64,000 bases of DNA from an uncultured Paludibacter sp. (GCA_964405245.1 CAYONE010000003.1:8244-72243), one strand, 5' to 3'; shown: positions 46,783-57,796, counted from the first letter of the stretch. Notes: generated from the letters alone by a model not told the origin. Program-made: numbers and translations.

Positions 46783-46895
46783 CAAAATTACTTCTTTTTT
46801 TTGAACCTGCAACAGGTTATATCAAAGTTTTTTTAATAAAATTCAACAATGATGGATTCATTAACAAACAGTTCGCATTTTTTTCACTAATTTTG
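46783..46895. promoter_or_regulatory. Divergent promoters of rplS and typA
   Basis: TAATTTTG on - at 46783-46790 and on + at 46888-46895. Confidence 0.7.
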
Positions 46896-46920
46896 CAGCC
46901 CGTAAGAAAAGATTGTGAAA

Positions 46921-48720
46921 ATGCAGAAAATCAGAAATATCGCTATTATTGCGCATGTCGATCATGGAAAAACCACATTGGTCGATAAAATGCTTATTGC
47001 CGGAAATTTATTTCGCGAAAACGAAAATGCCGGCGAGTTAATTATGGATAACAACGACTTGGAACGTGAAAGAGGTATAACCATTTTGGCTAAAAATGTA
47101 TCCATAGACTATAACGGTTTTAAAATAAATATTATTGATACTCCGGGACACGCCGATTTTGGTGGTGAAGTAGAGCGAGTTCTTAACATGGCCGATGGTG
47201 TATTGTTACTTGTCGATGCCTTTGAAGGTCCTATGCCTCAAACGCGTTTTGTTCTTCAAAAAGCGCTTCAAATTGGCTTAACTCCAATTGTTGTTATTAA
47301 TAAAGTGGATAAACCAAATTGCCGCCCCGATGAAGTACATGAAATGGTTTTCGATTTGATGTATAATCTCGATGCATCCGAAGAGCAACTTAATTTCCAT
47401 ACGGTTTATGGCTCAGCCAAGCACAACTGGATGGCTGAAGACTGGAAAACGCCAACTGAAAGCATTTTACCATTACTTGATGCAATCATAAAATATATTC
47501 CATCGCCGGTTTATATTGATGGAACTCCGCAAATGCTGATTACCTCGCTCGATTATTCAAATTATGTAGGGCGTATCGCAGTTGGACGAGTACATCGGGG
47601 TACATTGCGCGAAAACATGGATGTAAGCCTTGTTAAACGAGATGGAGCTGTAATAAAATCGAGAATAAAAGAATTACACACCTTTACAGGATTAGGACGT
47701 ACAAAAACTACTGAGGTAAAATCAGGCGATATTTGTGCTTTGGTAGGAATTGAAGGTTTTGAGATTGGAGACTCTGTTTGCGATTTACTAAATCCTGAAC
47801 CTTTGAAACCTATTGCTATCGATGAACCTACAATGAGTATGGTGTTTACGATAAACAACTCACCATTTTTCGGAAAAGAAGGTAAATATGTTACATCCCG
47901 ACACATACACGACAGACTTATAAAAGAATTGGATAAAAACTTAGCTTTGCGCGTTGAAAAAAGCATCGATTCGGATATTTGGAACGTTTACGGACGCGGA
48001 GTTTTACATCTTTCAGTGCTTATCGAAACTATGCGCCGCGAAGGTTATGAACTTCAGGTTGGCCAGCCTCAGGTAATTTTCAAAGAAATTGATGGCGTTC
48101 GCTGTGAACCGATTGAACAACTTACCATCAATTTACCTGAAGATTGTTCAGGAAAAATTATCGAAATGGTGGCTATGCGAAAAGGTGAAATGCTCAGCAT
48201 GGAAATTATCAACGACCGCGTTCAACTCGAATTTAATATCCCCTCAAGAGGTATTATCGGATTACGAAACAATGTTCTTACTGCCTCGGCCGGAGAAGCA
48301 ATCATGTCGCATCGTTTTATCGAATATCAACCTTACAAAGGCGATATCGAGAAGCGCACAAATGGCTCGATTATTGCTATGGAAAGCGGGACTGCGTTTG
48401 CTTATGCTATTGATAAACTTCAGGACAGAGGCAGATTTTTTATTTTTCCGCAGGATGAAATTTATGCAGGTCAGGTAGTTGGCGAAAATGCAAAAGAAGG
48501 CGACATGGTGGTAAATGTTACAAAATCGAAAAAACTTACAAACATGAGAGCATCAGGCGCCGATGACAAAGCCAGACTGATACCACCTGTGGTATTTAGC
48601 CTCGAAGAAGCGCTTGAATATATCAAGGAAGATGAATATGTGGAAATTACCCCCACAAAAATTCGTTTGCGTAAAATTTTACTCGACGAAAATGACAGAA
48701 AAAGAGTGTCAAAGAAATGA
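46921..48720 (+). CDS. typA: Translational GTPase TypA/BipA
   Basis: [66 protein letters not shown]. Confidence 0.97.
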   Translation: MQKIRNIAIIAHVDHGKTTLVDKMLIAGNLFRENENAGELIMDNNDLERERGITILAKNVSIDYNGFKINIIDTPGHADFGGEVERVLNMADGVLLLVDAFEGPMPQTRFVLQKALQIGLTPIVVINKVDKPNCRPDEVHEMVFDLMYNLDASEEQLNFHTVYGSAKHNWMAEDWKTPTESILPLLDAIIKYIPSPVYIDGTPQMLITSLDYSNYVGRIAVGRVHRGTLRENMDVSLVKRDGAVIKSRIKELHTFTGLGRTKTTEVKSGDICALVGIEGFEIGDSVCDLLNPEPLKPIAIDEPTMSMVFTINNSPFFGKEGKYVTSRHIHDRLIKELDKNLALRVEKSIDSDIWNVYGRGVLHLSVLIETMRREGYELQVGQPQVIFKEIDGVRCEPIEQLTINLPEDCSGKIIEMVAMRKGEMLSMEIINDRVQLEFNIPSRGIIGLRNNVLTASAGEAIMSHRFIEYQPYKGDIEKRTNGSIIAMESGTAFAYAIDKLQDRGRFFIFPQDEIYAGQVVGENAKEGDMVVNVTKSKKLTNMRASGADDKARLIPPVVFSLEEALEYIKEDEYVEITPTKIRLRKILLDENDRKRVSKK

Positions 48721-48775
48721 GAAATGAAAAATGTAGAATGTAGAAGAAGAATGAATATTTATAATTAACTATTTC

Positions 48776-48815
48776 TTTCTTACTTTCTTACTTTCTTACT
48801 TTCTTACTTTCTTAC
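48776..48815 (+). repeat. Perfect octamer tandem repeat (TTTCTTAC)x5
   Basis: Read directly from the sequence. Confidence 0.95.
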
Positions 48816-48843
48816 TTAATAAACTTTGAAACTCCTGAAATAT

Positions 48844-48871
48844 ATACAGACAAGGCATGCCTTGTCTCTAC
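48844..48871 (-). repeat. GTAG-type REP palindrome
   Basis: Minus strand GTAG-AGACAAGGCATGCCTTGTCT-GTAT; 20-bp perfect palindrome at 48848-48867. Confidence 0.75.
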
Positions 48872-48896
48872 CGGAAAACTAATTTATCAGTATTTA

Positions 48897-49547
48897 ATGA
48901 CTTTGAAGCGGGTAAAAATAATGCTTATTTTGCTTGCCTTTGCCATTTGCAGTTTTGCTCAGATTGGCATTAAGGCAGGTGTAAATATGGCTAACCAAAT
49001 TCGCTCGTTTCGAAAAGCTGATATAATACAGGGTTTTAGCACGGAAAATCTTACCGGCGTTCATATCGGCATAATGTATCAGGCTTTCCCTCGTTATTCC
49101 GATTTGGGAACTGATGTAGGATTGTTTTTAACTCAAAAGGGGTTTGCATATACCGACAGTACGCAAATTGTAAACGATCTTATCACCCTCGGTTATCAGG
49201 AATTCAATTACATAGAGTTGCCAATTAATATTCGGTATCGCTATGTACACAAGTTGATAGGGGCGTATGCTTCATGTGGAATTTATGGCGCTTACCTGCT
49301 ATCGGCAAAAGCGGTTGACGAAACCACCAATTCAATTGATAATTTATCGTTCAGTGGAGTTTTGGAGAGACTTGATTATGGCTACTCACTGAATGCTGGT
49401 ATTGAAGTGCTCCGACAAATCCAGATCGGGCTCTCGTGGACACACGGTATAAAATATTTTATTGATTCGTTTACCACCAAAAACTCAATTCAAGAAAACA
49501 AAGATAATCGTGTGTTTTCTATCAATCTAACTTACTTATTCAGATAA
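48897..49547 (+). CDS. Outer membrane beta-barrel protein (PorT-like/OMP_b-brl_2)
   Basis: QIGIKAGVN, TQKG, YIELPINIRY, G.YGAYLL, DYG...G; terminal NLTYLF. Confidence 0.8.
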   Translation: MTLKRVKIMLILLAFAICSFAQIGIKAGVNMANQIRSFRKADIIQGFSTENLTGVHIGIMYQAFPRYSDLGTDVGLFLTQKGFAYTDSTQIVNDLITLGYQEFNYIELPINIRYRYVHKLIGAYASCGIYGAYLLSAKAVDETTNSIDNLSFSGVLERLDYGYSLNAGIEVLRQIQIGLSWTHGIKYFIDSFTTKNSIQENKDNRVFSINLTYLFR

Positions 49548-49658
49548 TAAAGTCTTGTTAAAGCGTAAAATTTTACCTTATATTTTCAATTAACTTTTTT
49601 TTGGGTATAACTTTCATAATTAGTGAATTTCCTGTTTAGTTAAATCAATTAATTTTCG

Positions 49659-49666
49659 TAACTTTG
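49659..49666 (+). promoter_or_regulatory. -7 box TAACTTTG of tig
   Basis: Matches TAnnTTTG followed by ca; implies a leader of about 170 nt. Confidence 0.65.
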
Positions 49667-49842
49667 CACCCCGTTTTATCAATTTGTGCTATCAGCACAT
49701 AGCAATCAGCTAATCAGCACAATAATAAATCGGTTTGACATTCACTCAGTGTTCAGCAATGATATTTTATCAATAAATTATTCTGAAAATTTAGTGTAAT
49801 CAAAAATTGAAAATTTTCCGCTTAAAACGTAAATTATATAAT

Positions 49843-51195
49843 ATGAACATCGTCAGAAAAGACATCGATCAGAACAATGCTGTGCTAACAGTACAGATTG
49901 AAAAAGCAGATTACAGCGCAAATGTAGAAAAAACTCTTCGCGATTATCGCAAAAAAGCCAACATTCCGGGATTCAGACCCGGCATGGTTCCTATGGGATT
50001 AATGACTAAAATGTACGGAAAAGCGATTAAAGCCGATGAAATAAACAAAGTTGCCGCCGATGCACTTAACAAGTACATTACCGACAATCAAATAAACATT
50101 CTTGGCGAGCCATTGCCTGCTCAAGAATTCGAACCGTTTGAAGATTTCGACCAACGCGAAAATTTTGAATTTCCGTTCGAAATTGGGATTGCTCCTGAAT
50201 TTGAAGTAGCTTTCGATAAAAAAGACAAAGTGAAATATTACGAGATTACCGCTGACAATGCAATGATTGAAAATCAGGTAAAATCATATACTTCACGTTA
50301 TGGCCGTTATACTCAGGAAGAAACCGTTGAAGAGCGCGATATGGTAAAAGGCGAAATTATGGAACTTGAAGAAGCTGAAGCAAAAGCAGGAGGCATTCAG
50401 CTGAGCGATGCAGTGCTTACGCCCGCATATTTAAAAAATGAAAATCAAAAATCACTTTTTAACGGAGCTAAAAAAGGAGATGTATTAGTTTTTAATCCGG
50501 CTGTTGCTTTCGACAATGATGCTGAACTCGCATCGTTTCTTAAACTTAAAAAAGAAGAGGTAAAAGATATTACCTCGGATTTCAGTTTTACAATTACGGG
50601 AATCACACGCTATCATGAGTCTGAAATCAATCAGGATCTTTTCGATAAAGTGTTTGGCGAAGGTGTTGTAAGCAACGAAGAGGAATTCAGAGCTAAAATT
50701 GCGGCAAATATCGAACAGGATTTAAAAAGAGATTCCGATTACAAATTCGGGGTAGATGCTCGCGAAATGTTGGTTAAAAAATATGAAGACCTGACTTTCC
50801 CCGATACATTTTTGAAACGTTGGTTGCTTGGTGAAAACAAAAACATGACCCAGGAAGCATTAGAAGCCGATTATCCAAAAATGATTGAAGACCTGAAATG
50901 GCAGTTAATCAGCAATAAAATAGCTAAAACCAGCGATGTAAAAGTTGAAAACGAAGATATTGAAGAATATGCTAAAAATGTTGCCCGTTCGCAATTTGCG
51001 CAGTACGGAATGATTGGTCTCGATGACTCAATACTTGAAAACTACGCCAAAGATATGCTTAAAAAGGAAGAAACGCTGAAAAATATTTACGCGCGCGTTT
51101 TCGACAATAAAGTAATTGATGTAGTAAAAAATAATGTAAAACTCGATGTAAAACAAGTTAGTATTGAGGAATTCAACAAAATGTTTGAAGCATAA
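49843..51195 (+). CDS. tig: Trigger factor
   Basis: KANIPGFRPGMVP ribosome-binding signature; tig-clpP-clpX gene order. Start MNIVRK. Confidence 0.93.
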   Translation: MNIVRKDIDQNNAVLTVQIEKADYSANVEKTLRDYRKKANIPGFRPGMVPMGLMTKMYGKAIKADEINKVAADALNKYITDNQINILGEPLPAQEFEPFEDFDQRENFEFPFEIGIAPEFEVAFDKKDKVKYYEITADNAMIENQVKSYTSRYGRYTQEETVEERDMVKGEIMELEEAEAKAGGIQLSDAVLTPAYLKNENQKSLFNGAKKGDVLVFNPAVAFDNDAELASFLKLKKEEVKDITSDFSFTITGITRYHESEINQDLFDKVFGEGVVSNEEEFRAKIAANIEQDLKRDSDYKFGVDAREMLVKKYEDLTFPDTFLKRWLLGENKNMTQEALEADYPKMIEDLKWQLISNKIAKTSDVKVENEDIEEYAKNVARSQFAQYGMIGLDDSILENYAKDMLKKEETLKNIYARVFDNKVIDVVKNNVKLDVKQVSIEEFNKMFEA

Positions 51196-51236
51196 GTAAA
51201 TTCCTGACAAGTTACTAAAATTATCTTGAAGTTTAG

Positions 51237-51313
51237 AAAAGCTTTTGATCATTCACTGAAAATTAATCATATTTTTTTGATTTTTTTTCGAAAAAATGGA
51301 CAAAAGCTTTTTT
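51237..51313 (+). terminator. Long hairpin/possible terminator between tig and clpP
   Basis: aaaagcttttg..caaaagctttttt. A TATCTTTG box at 51345-51352 suggests clpP has its own promoter. Confidence 0.5.
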
Positions 51314-51398
51314 GGTTTTTATTACAACGAGAAAAAGAAAGACTTATCTTTGTACAACTTTTTTTATCGGAAAATAAAACAATTAAAATTTTGAATAT

Positions 51399-52076
51399 AT
51401 GAATATGAATCATGATTTCAGAAAATACGCCACAAAACATTTAGGTATAAATAGTTTGGCGCTGGACAAATATATTGACATTACAAGCAGTTACATTTCA
51501 CCTTCGATACTCGAAGAACGTCAACTCAACGTAACTCAAATGGACGTTTTCTCACGATTAATGATGGATCGCATTATTTTTCTCGGCACTCAGGTGGACG
51601 AATATGCAGCCAACGTTATTCAGGCTCAACTACTCTATCTTGATTCGGCTGACCCAGGTAAGGATATTTCAATTTATCTGAATACGCCCGGCGGATCTGT
51701 ATATGCAGGACTTGGAATTTACGACACCATGCAGTTTATTAGCTGCGATGTGGCTACTATATGTACAGGAATGGCAGCTTCAATGGGTGCTGTGTTGCTT
51801 GTAGCCGGCACAAACGGTAAACGCTCAGCCTTGAAACACTCGCGAATTATGATTCATCAACCTATGGGTGGCGCGCAAGGTCAGGCTTCCGACATCGAAA
51901 TTACAGCTCGTGAGATTCAGAAAATGAAAAAAGAACTCTATACCATAATTGCCGACCACTCCGGAAATCCTTATGAACGGATTGAAAAAGATTCAGACCG
52001 CGACTATTGGATGACCTCTCAGGAAGCGCTCGAATATGGAATGATTGATCGGGTACTTACCAGAGAAAAGAAATAA
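51399..52076 (+). CDS. clpP: ATP-dependent Clp protease proteolytic subunit
   Basis: [41 protein letters not shown]. Confidence 0.97.
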   Translation: MNMNHDFRKYATKHLGINSLALDKYIDITSSYISPSILEERQLNVTQMDVFSRLMMDRIIFLGTQVDEYAANVIQAQLLYLDSADPGKDISIYLNTPGGSVYAGLGIYDTMQFISCDVATICTGMAASMGAVLLVAGTNGKRSALKHSRIMIHQPMGGAQGQASDIEITAREIQKMKKELYTIIADHSGNPYERIEKDSDRDYWMTSQEALEYGMIDRVLTREKK

Positions 52077-52142
52077 TTTTAATTCATTCAAATGGAAATA
52101 AAAATCCTTAAAACTCTTTGATGAGTTGAAAGGAAAATTAAT

Positions 52143-53375
52143 ATGGCAAAATCAACCTCAAAACAATGCAGTTTCTGCGGAAGAGCCGAAAAAGAAGTAG
52201 ATTTTTTTATTCTCGGACAAGGTGGCGTACAAATTTGCGACGAGTGCGCAGTACAGGCTGCCGAAATAGTAAAAGAAAATACTTACAGAAAATCGGCAAC
52301 TCCGAATATCCATAAGGACGATATTCCAAAACCTGTAGATATCAAAGAATATCTTGACCAATATGTAATTGGTCAGGATGAAGCAAAAAAATATCTTTCG
52401 GTTGCAGTTTACAATCATTATAAAAGATTAATGCAGGAAAAAACCAACGACGATGTGGAAATTGAGAAATCAAATATCATCATGGTTGGTTCCACCGGAA
52501 CCGGAAAAACATTGCTTGCACGCACCATTGCCCGAAAACTGCACGTGCCCTTTACAATTGTAGATGCCACTGTGCTTACCGAAGCAGGTTATGTAGGCGA
52601 GGATATTGAAAGCATTCTTACCCGATTACTTCAGGTAGCCGATTATGATGTAAAAGCAGCTGAAAGAGGCATAGTATTTATCGACGAAATTGATAAAATA
52701 GCCCGTAAAGGCGATAACCCGAGCATTACTCGCGATGTTAGCGGCGAAGGCGTACAGCAAGGTTTGCTGAAACTACTTGAAGGTTCGGTGGTAAACGTAC
52801 CGCCACAAGGAGGCAGAAAACATCCTGAACAAAAAATGATTCCGGTAAACACCCAGAATATTTTATTTGTTTGCGGTGGAGCGTTTGATGGTATCGATAA
52901 AAAAATAGCAGCAAGACTAAATACACGGGTTGTCGGATACAATTCGGTGGATTCAGTTACAATCGACCGTAATAATCTGTTACAATATATAGCGCCACAG
53001 GATTTAAAATCTTTCGGATTGATACCTGAGATAATCGGTCGTCTGCCAATTTTAACATACCTTGAACCACTTGACCGTATCGCGTTAAGACGCATTTTAA
53101 CGGAACCAAAAAATTCAATTATTAAACAATATATCAAACTATTTAAAATGGATCACATCAGCCTCAAATTCGAAGATGATGTTTTGGATTATATTGTTGA
53201 TAAAGCCATTGAATTTAAGCTTGGAGCAAGAGGTTTACGTTCCATAACCGAAACTATAATTATGGACAAAATGTACGAAATGCCTTCGAAAAAAGAAAAA
53301 GAACTGGTAATTACTACCGATTATGCCCGTTCAATTATCGAAAAAGCAAGTATTAACAGACTTAAATCTGCATAA
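52143..53375 (+). CDS. clpX: ATP-dependent Clp protease ATP-binding subunit
   Basis: CSFCGR..ICDEC zinc finger, GSTGTGKT, FIDEIDK, RDVSGEGVQQ, GARGLR. Confidence 0.97.
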   Translation: MAKSTSKQCSFCGRAEKEVDFFILGQGGVQICDECAVQAAEIVKENTYRKSATPNIHKDDIPKPVDIKEYLDQYVIGQDEAKKYLSVAVYNHYKRLMQEKTNDDVEIEKSNIIMVGSTGTGKTLLARTIARKLHVPFTIVDATVLTEAGYVGEDIESILTRLLQVADYDVKAAERGIVFIDEIDKIARKGDNPSITRDVSGEGVQQGLLKLLEGSVVNVPPQGGRKHPEQKMIPVNTQNILFVCGGAFDGIDKKIAARLNTRVVGYNSVDSVTIDRNNLLQYIAPQDLKSFGLIPEIIGRLPILTYLEPLDRIALRRILTEPKNSIIKQYIKLFKMDHISLKFEDDVLDYIVDKAIEFKLGARGLRSITETIIMDKMYEMPSKKEKELVITTDYARSIIEKASINRLKSA

Positions 53376-53419
53376 TTACACTTGTAATTATTGCAAAATC
53401 AGAAATATCAAAAGAAAAT

Positions 53420-53462
53420 CAGGGAAAAAAGTAAAATAATTTACATTTTCCCTGTTTTTTTT
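53420..53462 (+). terminator. Terminator after clpX
   Basis: cagggaaaa..ttttccctgttttttt. Confidence 0.75.
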
Positions 53463-53598
53463 ATTGAAACAACTTGTATATTTGAAATCTGTTTATAATT
53501 TTGTTACTCTATTAAACATCATAAATAAATTCAGAAGAAACAACCGCATTAAACCAAAAAAAAAAATTGATTCAAGATTTTTGTAAATCATATCAGGC

Positions 53599-55785
53599 AT
53601 GACTAAACATACTGAATTAACCGCTCATTTAAAAAAGCATTTTGGTTTTGACAGTTTTAAGGGCAATCAGGAGGCAATAATTCAAAATCTTTTAGACAAT
53701 AAAGATACCTTTGTTCTTATGCCGACAGGTGGAGGAAAATCCCTTTGCTATCAACTTCCATCATTGCTTATGGAAGGAACAGCCATAGTTATTTCGCCGC
53801 TTATTGCGCTTATGAAAAACCAGGTTGATGCCATGCGGAATTTCAGTGAAGAAGATGGAATAGCACATTTTCTGAATTCCTCGCTCTCTCGTCAGGCAAT
53901 TGATATGGTTAAGGCCGATATAGTTTCAGGTAAAACCAAACTGCTTTATGTCGCGCCCGAATCGCTTACGAAGGAAGAAAACATCGAGTTTCTTAAACAG
54001 TTGAAAATTTCTTTTTATGCAATCGATGAGGCACACTGTATTTCGGAATGGGGACACGATTTTCGACCTGAGTATCGCAGAATTCGCCCGATAATCAACG
54101 AAATTGGTACTGCTCCATTAATTGCACTTACAGCTACAGCTACTCCAAAAGTTCAACATGATATTCAGAAAAATTTGGGTATGCTGGGCGCAACGGTTTA
54201 TAAATCGTCGTTTAACCGGGCAAATCTTTATTACGAAGTTCGTTCAAAAACAAATAATGTTGACAAAGACATTATTAAATACATAAGAAGTCAGAGCGGT
54301 AAATCGGGTATTATTTATTGCCTGAGCAGAAAAAAAGTTGAGGAACTTGCTGAAATTCTGAGCGTAAACGGCATTTCTTGTCTTCCATATCATGCAGGAA
54401 TGGAATCGGCAGTACGAACCGAAAATCAGGACAAGTTCCTAATGGAAAAAGTGCAGATTATTGTGGCAACCATTGCATTCGGGATGGGAATTGATAAACC
54501 CGATGTGCGATATGTAATCCACTATGATATGCCCAAAAGTCTCGAAGGTTACTATCAGGAAACCGGCAGAGGCGGCCGCGATGGCGGCGAAGGACAGTGC
54601 ATAGCTTATTATGCCTACAAAGATCTTGATAAACTTCGTAAATTTATGCAGGGTAAACCCGTAGCCGAACAGGAAATAGGGAATCAACTGCTTCTCGAAA
54701 CTCAGGCTTATGCCGAATCATCGATATGCAGAAGAAAATTGCTCTTACATTATTTCGGAGAAGAATATAAAAATGATAATTGCGGATGTTGTGATAATTG
54801 TATGAAACCACGTAAATTTATTGAAGGACAGGAATTACTGTCGTTAGTATTGGAGACAATACTCGAAGTTCGGGAAAAATTTAAAGCCGAACATATAGTT
54901 GATATCCTTAAAGGAAACGAAACCTCGGATATTAAGACTTATCAGCACGATGAGCTTGAAAATTTTGCATCGGCAACCGATGAAGATGAAAAACTACTCA
55001 GCGCTGTTATAAGGCAGGCTTTGATTGCCGGTTTTCTTTCGAAAGATATAGAAAACTACGGTTTGTTAAAACTAACTCCGGCAGGGAAAGCCTATATGAA
55101 AGACCCAAAACCATTTCCTGTGGTTAAGGACGCAGAATTCGATGAAGATGACGAGGAAACAACAGCAAAAACAGCAGGTGGAACTTGTGCAGCCGATGAC
55201 GTGCTTTTCTCAATTTTAAAAGACCTGAGAAAAAAAATGTCGAAAAAACTCGATGTACCACCATTTGTAATTTTTCAGGATCCATCGCTCGAAGCTATGG
55301 CAACTACCTACCCTATTACCATGGAAGAATTACAAAACATTCCCGGTGTTGGCGCAGGCAAGGCAAAACGCTATGGCGAGGATTTCCTGAAAGTTATAAA
55401 AGAGCATGTAAAAGAAAACGAAATAATCAGACCTGAAGATTTAAGAGTAAGAACTGTACCCAATAAATCGAAACTTAAAGTTTCTATCATTCAATCTATC
55501 GACCGTAAAATTGCTCTCGATGATATTGCCATGGCAAAAGGTTTGGAAATTGGCGAACTTCTGGATGAAATTGAAGCTATTGTTTATTCCGGAACCAAAA
55601 TTAATATCGATTATTTTCTCGATGAAATAATGGATGTTGATAGAATTGATGAAATCTTTGATTATTTCAGAACTGCCGAAACTGATAAAATTGAACCTGC
55701 ACTGCGTTATCTTGGCGAAGATGAATATAGTGAAACAGAAATCAGACTTGTTAGAATAAAATTCTTATCAGAAATTGGAAACTAA
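53599..55785 (+). CDS. recQ: ATP-dependent DNA helicase RecQ
   Basis: MPTGGGKSLCYQ, DEAHCISEWGHDFRPEY, ATIAFGMGIDKPDVR, QETGRGGRDG, Zn CRR..CGCCDNC, HRDC domain. Confidence 0.96.
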   Translation: MTKHTELTAHLKKHFGFDSFKGNQEAIIQNLLDNKDTFVLMPTGGGKSLCYQLPSLLMEGTAIVISPLIALMKNQVDAMRNFSEEDGIAHFLNSSLSRQAIDMVKADIVSGKTKLLYVAPESLTKEENIEFLKQLKISFYAIDEAHCISEWGHDFRPEYRRIRPIINEIGTAPLIALTATATPKVQHDIQKNLGMLGATVYKSSFNRANLYYEVRSKTNNVDKDIIKYIRSQSGKSGIIYCLSRKKVEELAEILSVNGISCLPYHAGMESAVRTENQDKFLMEKVQIIVATIAFGMGIDKPDVRYVIHYDMPKSLEGYYQETGRGGRDGGEGQCIAYYAYKDLDKLRKFMQGKPVAEQEIGNQLLLETQAYAESSICRRKLLLHYFGEEYKNDNCGCCDNCMKPRKFIEGQELLSLVLETILEVREKFKAEHIVDILKGNETSDIKTYQHDELENFASATDEDEKLLSAVIRQALIAGFLSKDIENYGLLKLTPAGKAYMKDPKPFPVVKDAEFDEDDEETTAKTAGGTCAADDVLFSILKDLRKKMSKKLDVPPFVIFQDPSLEAMATTYPITMEELQNIPGVGAGKAKRYGEDFLKVIKEHVKENEIIRPEDLRVRTVPNKSKLKVSIIQSIDRKIALDDIAMAKGLEIGELLDEIEAIVYSGTKINIDYFLDEIMDVDRIDEIFDYFRTAETDKIEPALRYLGEDEYSETEIRLVRIKFLSEIGN

Positions 55786-55850
55786 CAGTTATTAAACCTG
55801 CAAAAAAAATGGCAGGATTCGAGCTTGGAAATACAATCAACATAAACCTT

Positions 55851-55888
55851 AATGACGCTGAAATTTTTATTTCGGCGTCATTTTTTTT
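55851..55888 (+). terminator. Terminator after recQ
   Basis: aatgacgctgaaat..atttcggcgtcattttttt. Confidence 0.85.
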
Positions 55889-56001
55889 AAAAATTTATTA
55901 TTTCAATATTTTGTAAAGAACACATATTTATAAAGATTTTAATTATATTTGTCATCGATTTTATCGTTATCAATTTCTAAAATAATTACCAAAAATAAAA
56001 G

Positions 56002-56211
56002 ATGAGGGCATTAAAGAACGTAATCGCCTTTTACAAAGAAGGTTTCAGCAATATGACGGTGGGTAAAACACTATGGTTTATAGTAATTCTTAAACTTTTC
56101 ATCATGTTTGGTATTCTGAAAACTTTCTTCTTCCCGAATTATCTGAAAACCAACTTTCCTACTGAACAGGAAAGAGCTGACCACGTAAGACAAGAGTTAA
56201 TCAACAAATAA
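56002..56211 (+). CDS. DUF4492 small membrane protein (cydAB-associated)
   Basis: FYKEGFSNMTVGKTLW..IKLFIMF..LK.FFFPNYL; position directly before cydA; TATATTTG box at 55944-55951. Confidence 0.85.
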   Translation: MRALKNVIAFYKEGFSNMTVGKTLWFIVILKLFIMFGILKTFFFPNYLKTNFPTEQERADHVRQELINK

Positions 56212-56248
56212 TTTTATAACCCTTAATTTATTAATACTTTAAAATTGT

Positions 56249-57796
56249 ATGGAACTACTAGATGTATCATTAGTAAACTGGTCGAGAATGCAATTTGCGC
56301 TCACTGCAATGTATCACTGGATATTCGTGCCACTTACACTTGGCATTGGTATTATTCAGGCAATTATGGAAACAATTTATTATCGTACGGGCGATGAAAA
56401 ATGGAAAAAAACCACAAAATTCTGGATGACAATTTTCGGAATAAATTTTGCCATTGGCGTTGCCACCGGAATAATTCTGGAATTTCAATTTGGCACTAAC
56501 TGGTCGAACTACAGCTGGTTTGTAGGGGATATTTTCGGAGCTCCGCTTGCCATCGAAGGAATTCTTGCATTCTTCATGGAAGCTACATTTATTTCTATCA
56601 TGTTTTTCGGTTGGAACAAGGTAAGTAAAGGTTTCCACCTGACTTCAACATGGCTAACAATTCTCGGAGCTTCAATTTCGGCATTTTGGATTTTGGTAGC
56701 AAACGCATGGATGCAACATCCTGTAGGTATGGAATTCAATCCCGACACTGTGCGTAACGAAATGGTTGATTTTTGGGCGCTACTTTCGCCATTTGCATGG
56801 AATAAATTTTTCCACACTATAGTTTCGAGCTGGATTGTGGGAGCATTGTTCGTTTTAGGTGTAAGTGCCTGGTTTCTTATCAAAAAACGCGATATTGATT
56901 TTGCTAAAAAAAGTATAAAAGTAGCTGCCACTTTTGGTTTGGTTGCAGCAATACTTACAGCTACCACCGGCGATGGTTCGGCTTACAATGTAGCTCAGGA
57001 ACAACCCATGAAACTTGCAGCAATGGAAGGTTTATATCACGGTCAGGAAGGCGCTGAACTTGTGGCTATTGGAATATTGAACCCTGCAAAAAAATCATAT
57101 AATGACAGTATCAATCCATATCTTTTCAAAATTGGAATCCCGAAAGCATTATCGTTCCTTGGCTATCGCGATGCAAATGCATTTGTTCCGGGTATTAACG
57201 ATATTATTGAGGGAGGTTACCAAACCAAAGATGGTGTAGCTTTGTCGTTTGCCGAAAAAAATGAGCGCGGGAAAATTGCCCGTCAGGCTCTTGCTGATTA
57301 CAAACAGGCAAAAACCGACAATGATACTGCCGCAGCAGCTATACATAAAGCATTGCTCGACGAACATTTTAAATATTTCGGTTATTCTTATCTAAGTAGG
57401 CCAGGAAAAAGCATACCCAATGTTCCCCGTACATTTTATGCATTTCACATAATGGTTACACTTGGCATGTATTTTATAGCCTTGTTCGCGCTGTTTACAT
57501 TCTTTAGTTACAGCAAAAAAATTAATTATGAAAAATACGGTTTTTTACTTTGGTTAGCGCTTTTGAGCATTCCTTTAGGATATATTTCATCGCAACTTGG
57601 TTGGATAGTAGCGGAATTAGGGCGTCAACCCTGGGCAATTCAGGATTTACTACCTGTGGGTGCATCAGTATCGGCAATATCAACGGAATCGGTAAAAATT
57701 ACATTCTTCCTTTTCCTTGCATTATTTTCCGCTTTGCTTATAGCCGAAATTGGAATTATGGTAAAACAAATTAAGAAAGGTCCGGCACAGGATTAG
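56249..57796 (+). CDS. cydA: Cytochrome bd ubiquinol/menaquinol oxidase subunit I
   Basis: SRMQFALTAMYHWIFVPLTLG, LEFQFGTNW, ANAWMQHP, QPMKLAAMEG, FHIMV, ELGRQPW. Confidence 0.97.
   Translation: MELLDVSLVNWSRMQFALTAMYHWIFVPLTLGIGIIQAIMETIYYRTGDEKWKKTTKFWMTIFGINFAIGVATGIILEFQFGTNWSNYSWFVGDIFGAPLAIEGILAFFMEATFISIMFFGWNKVSKGFHLTSTWLTILGASISAFWILVANAWMQHPVGMEFNPDTVRNEMVDFWALLSPFAWNKFFHTIVSSWIVGALFVLGVSAWFLIKKRDIDFAKKSIKVAATFGLVAAILTATTGDGSAYNVAQEQPMKLAAMEGLYHGQEGAELVAIGILNPAKKSYNDSINPYLFKIGIPKALSFLGYRDANAFVPGINDIIEGGYQTKDGVALSFAEKNERGKIARQALADYKQAKTDNDTAAAAIHKALLDEHFKYFGYSYLSRPGKSIPNVPRTFYAFHIMVTLGMYFIALFALFTFFSYSKKINYEKYGFLLWLALLSIPLGYISSQLGWIVAELGRQPWAIQDLLPVGASVSAISTESVKITFFLFLALFSALLIAEIGIMVKQIKKGPAQD

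Noticed and set aside
7423..49842. Longest-ORF starts at 7497, 11990, 26963, 39627, 40760, 43705, 46730 and 49807
   Set aside because: Downstream ATGs give proper signal peptides or family N-termini and fit better with nearby -7 boxes or terminators.
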